NCBI GenBank assembly: GCA_964608785.1
Contig: CAZSPM010000001.1
Location: 1-27,375 of the forward strand
Reading direction: 5' to 3'
DNA length: 27,375 nucleotides
Source of the DNA: an uncultured Eubacteriales bacterium
GTDB lineage: Bacteria; Acidobacteriota; Aminicenantia; Aminicenantales; Aminicenantaceae
The first letter of the stretch is position 1. Every line of letters begins with the position of its first letter. Below the pieces are notes generated by a model. That model was not told where the DNA came from and made no database searches. It worked only from the letters and a program-made list of their open reading frames with translations. Of this stretch, positions 27,218 through 27,375 are shown in pieces. Both the position numbers and the translations under genes were made by a program.

Positions 27218-27375
27218 CTTAAATGGGTACTTTTCCGCTCAAATATTTATTCGAAAGAGGATTAGTTTTTTTATCAAGCAGAGACTTTTTCATCCTAATA
27301 CTTTTTAAAGAAATGTTCAAGGAGGCGAATCGAATCATGTAAAATCTAACCGTAGGAGTATCATCTTGTCATTTA

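Noticed and set aside
27218-27375. Cobalamin riboswitch or upstream gene ahead of the BtuF-like ABC operon
   Set aside because: No B12-box or other riboswitch core motif is recognisable on the minus strand, and no frame stays open to the window edge. Only a 39-codon ORF without support was found. A riboswitch could lie beyond the window.

Overview
A gene-dense chromosomal housekeeping region from a diderm (LPS-making) bacterium. Gene content and protein style suggest Acidobacteriota, possibly Ca. Aminicenantes; this is inference. It holds 23 credible CDSs: partial plsC, gmhA, a minus-strand flotillin / aminotransferase-fusion / PEP carboxykinase operon, an lpxK-lpxL-rph-UDP-glucuronate decarboxylase-GT2 operon, a BNR/VPS10-type beta-propeller protein, two hypothetical exported proteins, and a long minus-strand run (B12/iron ABC transporter, Mit_KHE1-like protein, DUF948/YtxH pair, enolase, methylmalonyl-CoA mutase large subunit, M20D amidohydrolase, comEC). 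I saw no rRNA, tRNA, CRISPR array or transposase gene. The most interesting signals are three. (1) An aspartate-aminotransferase-family enzyme fused to a catalytically degenerate, Cys-rich PEPCK/HPr-kinase-like domain, directly upstream of an intact PEPCK. (2) Two copies of a nested palindromic element of about 86-110 bp whose arms differ by compensatory base-pair changes. (3) A separate 134-bp element with perfect 28-bp terminal inverted repeats. Several genes also have sigma70-like promoters placed right against the start codon, suggesting leaderless or short-leader mRNAs. All assignments come from motif recognition by eye; no database searches were run.
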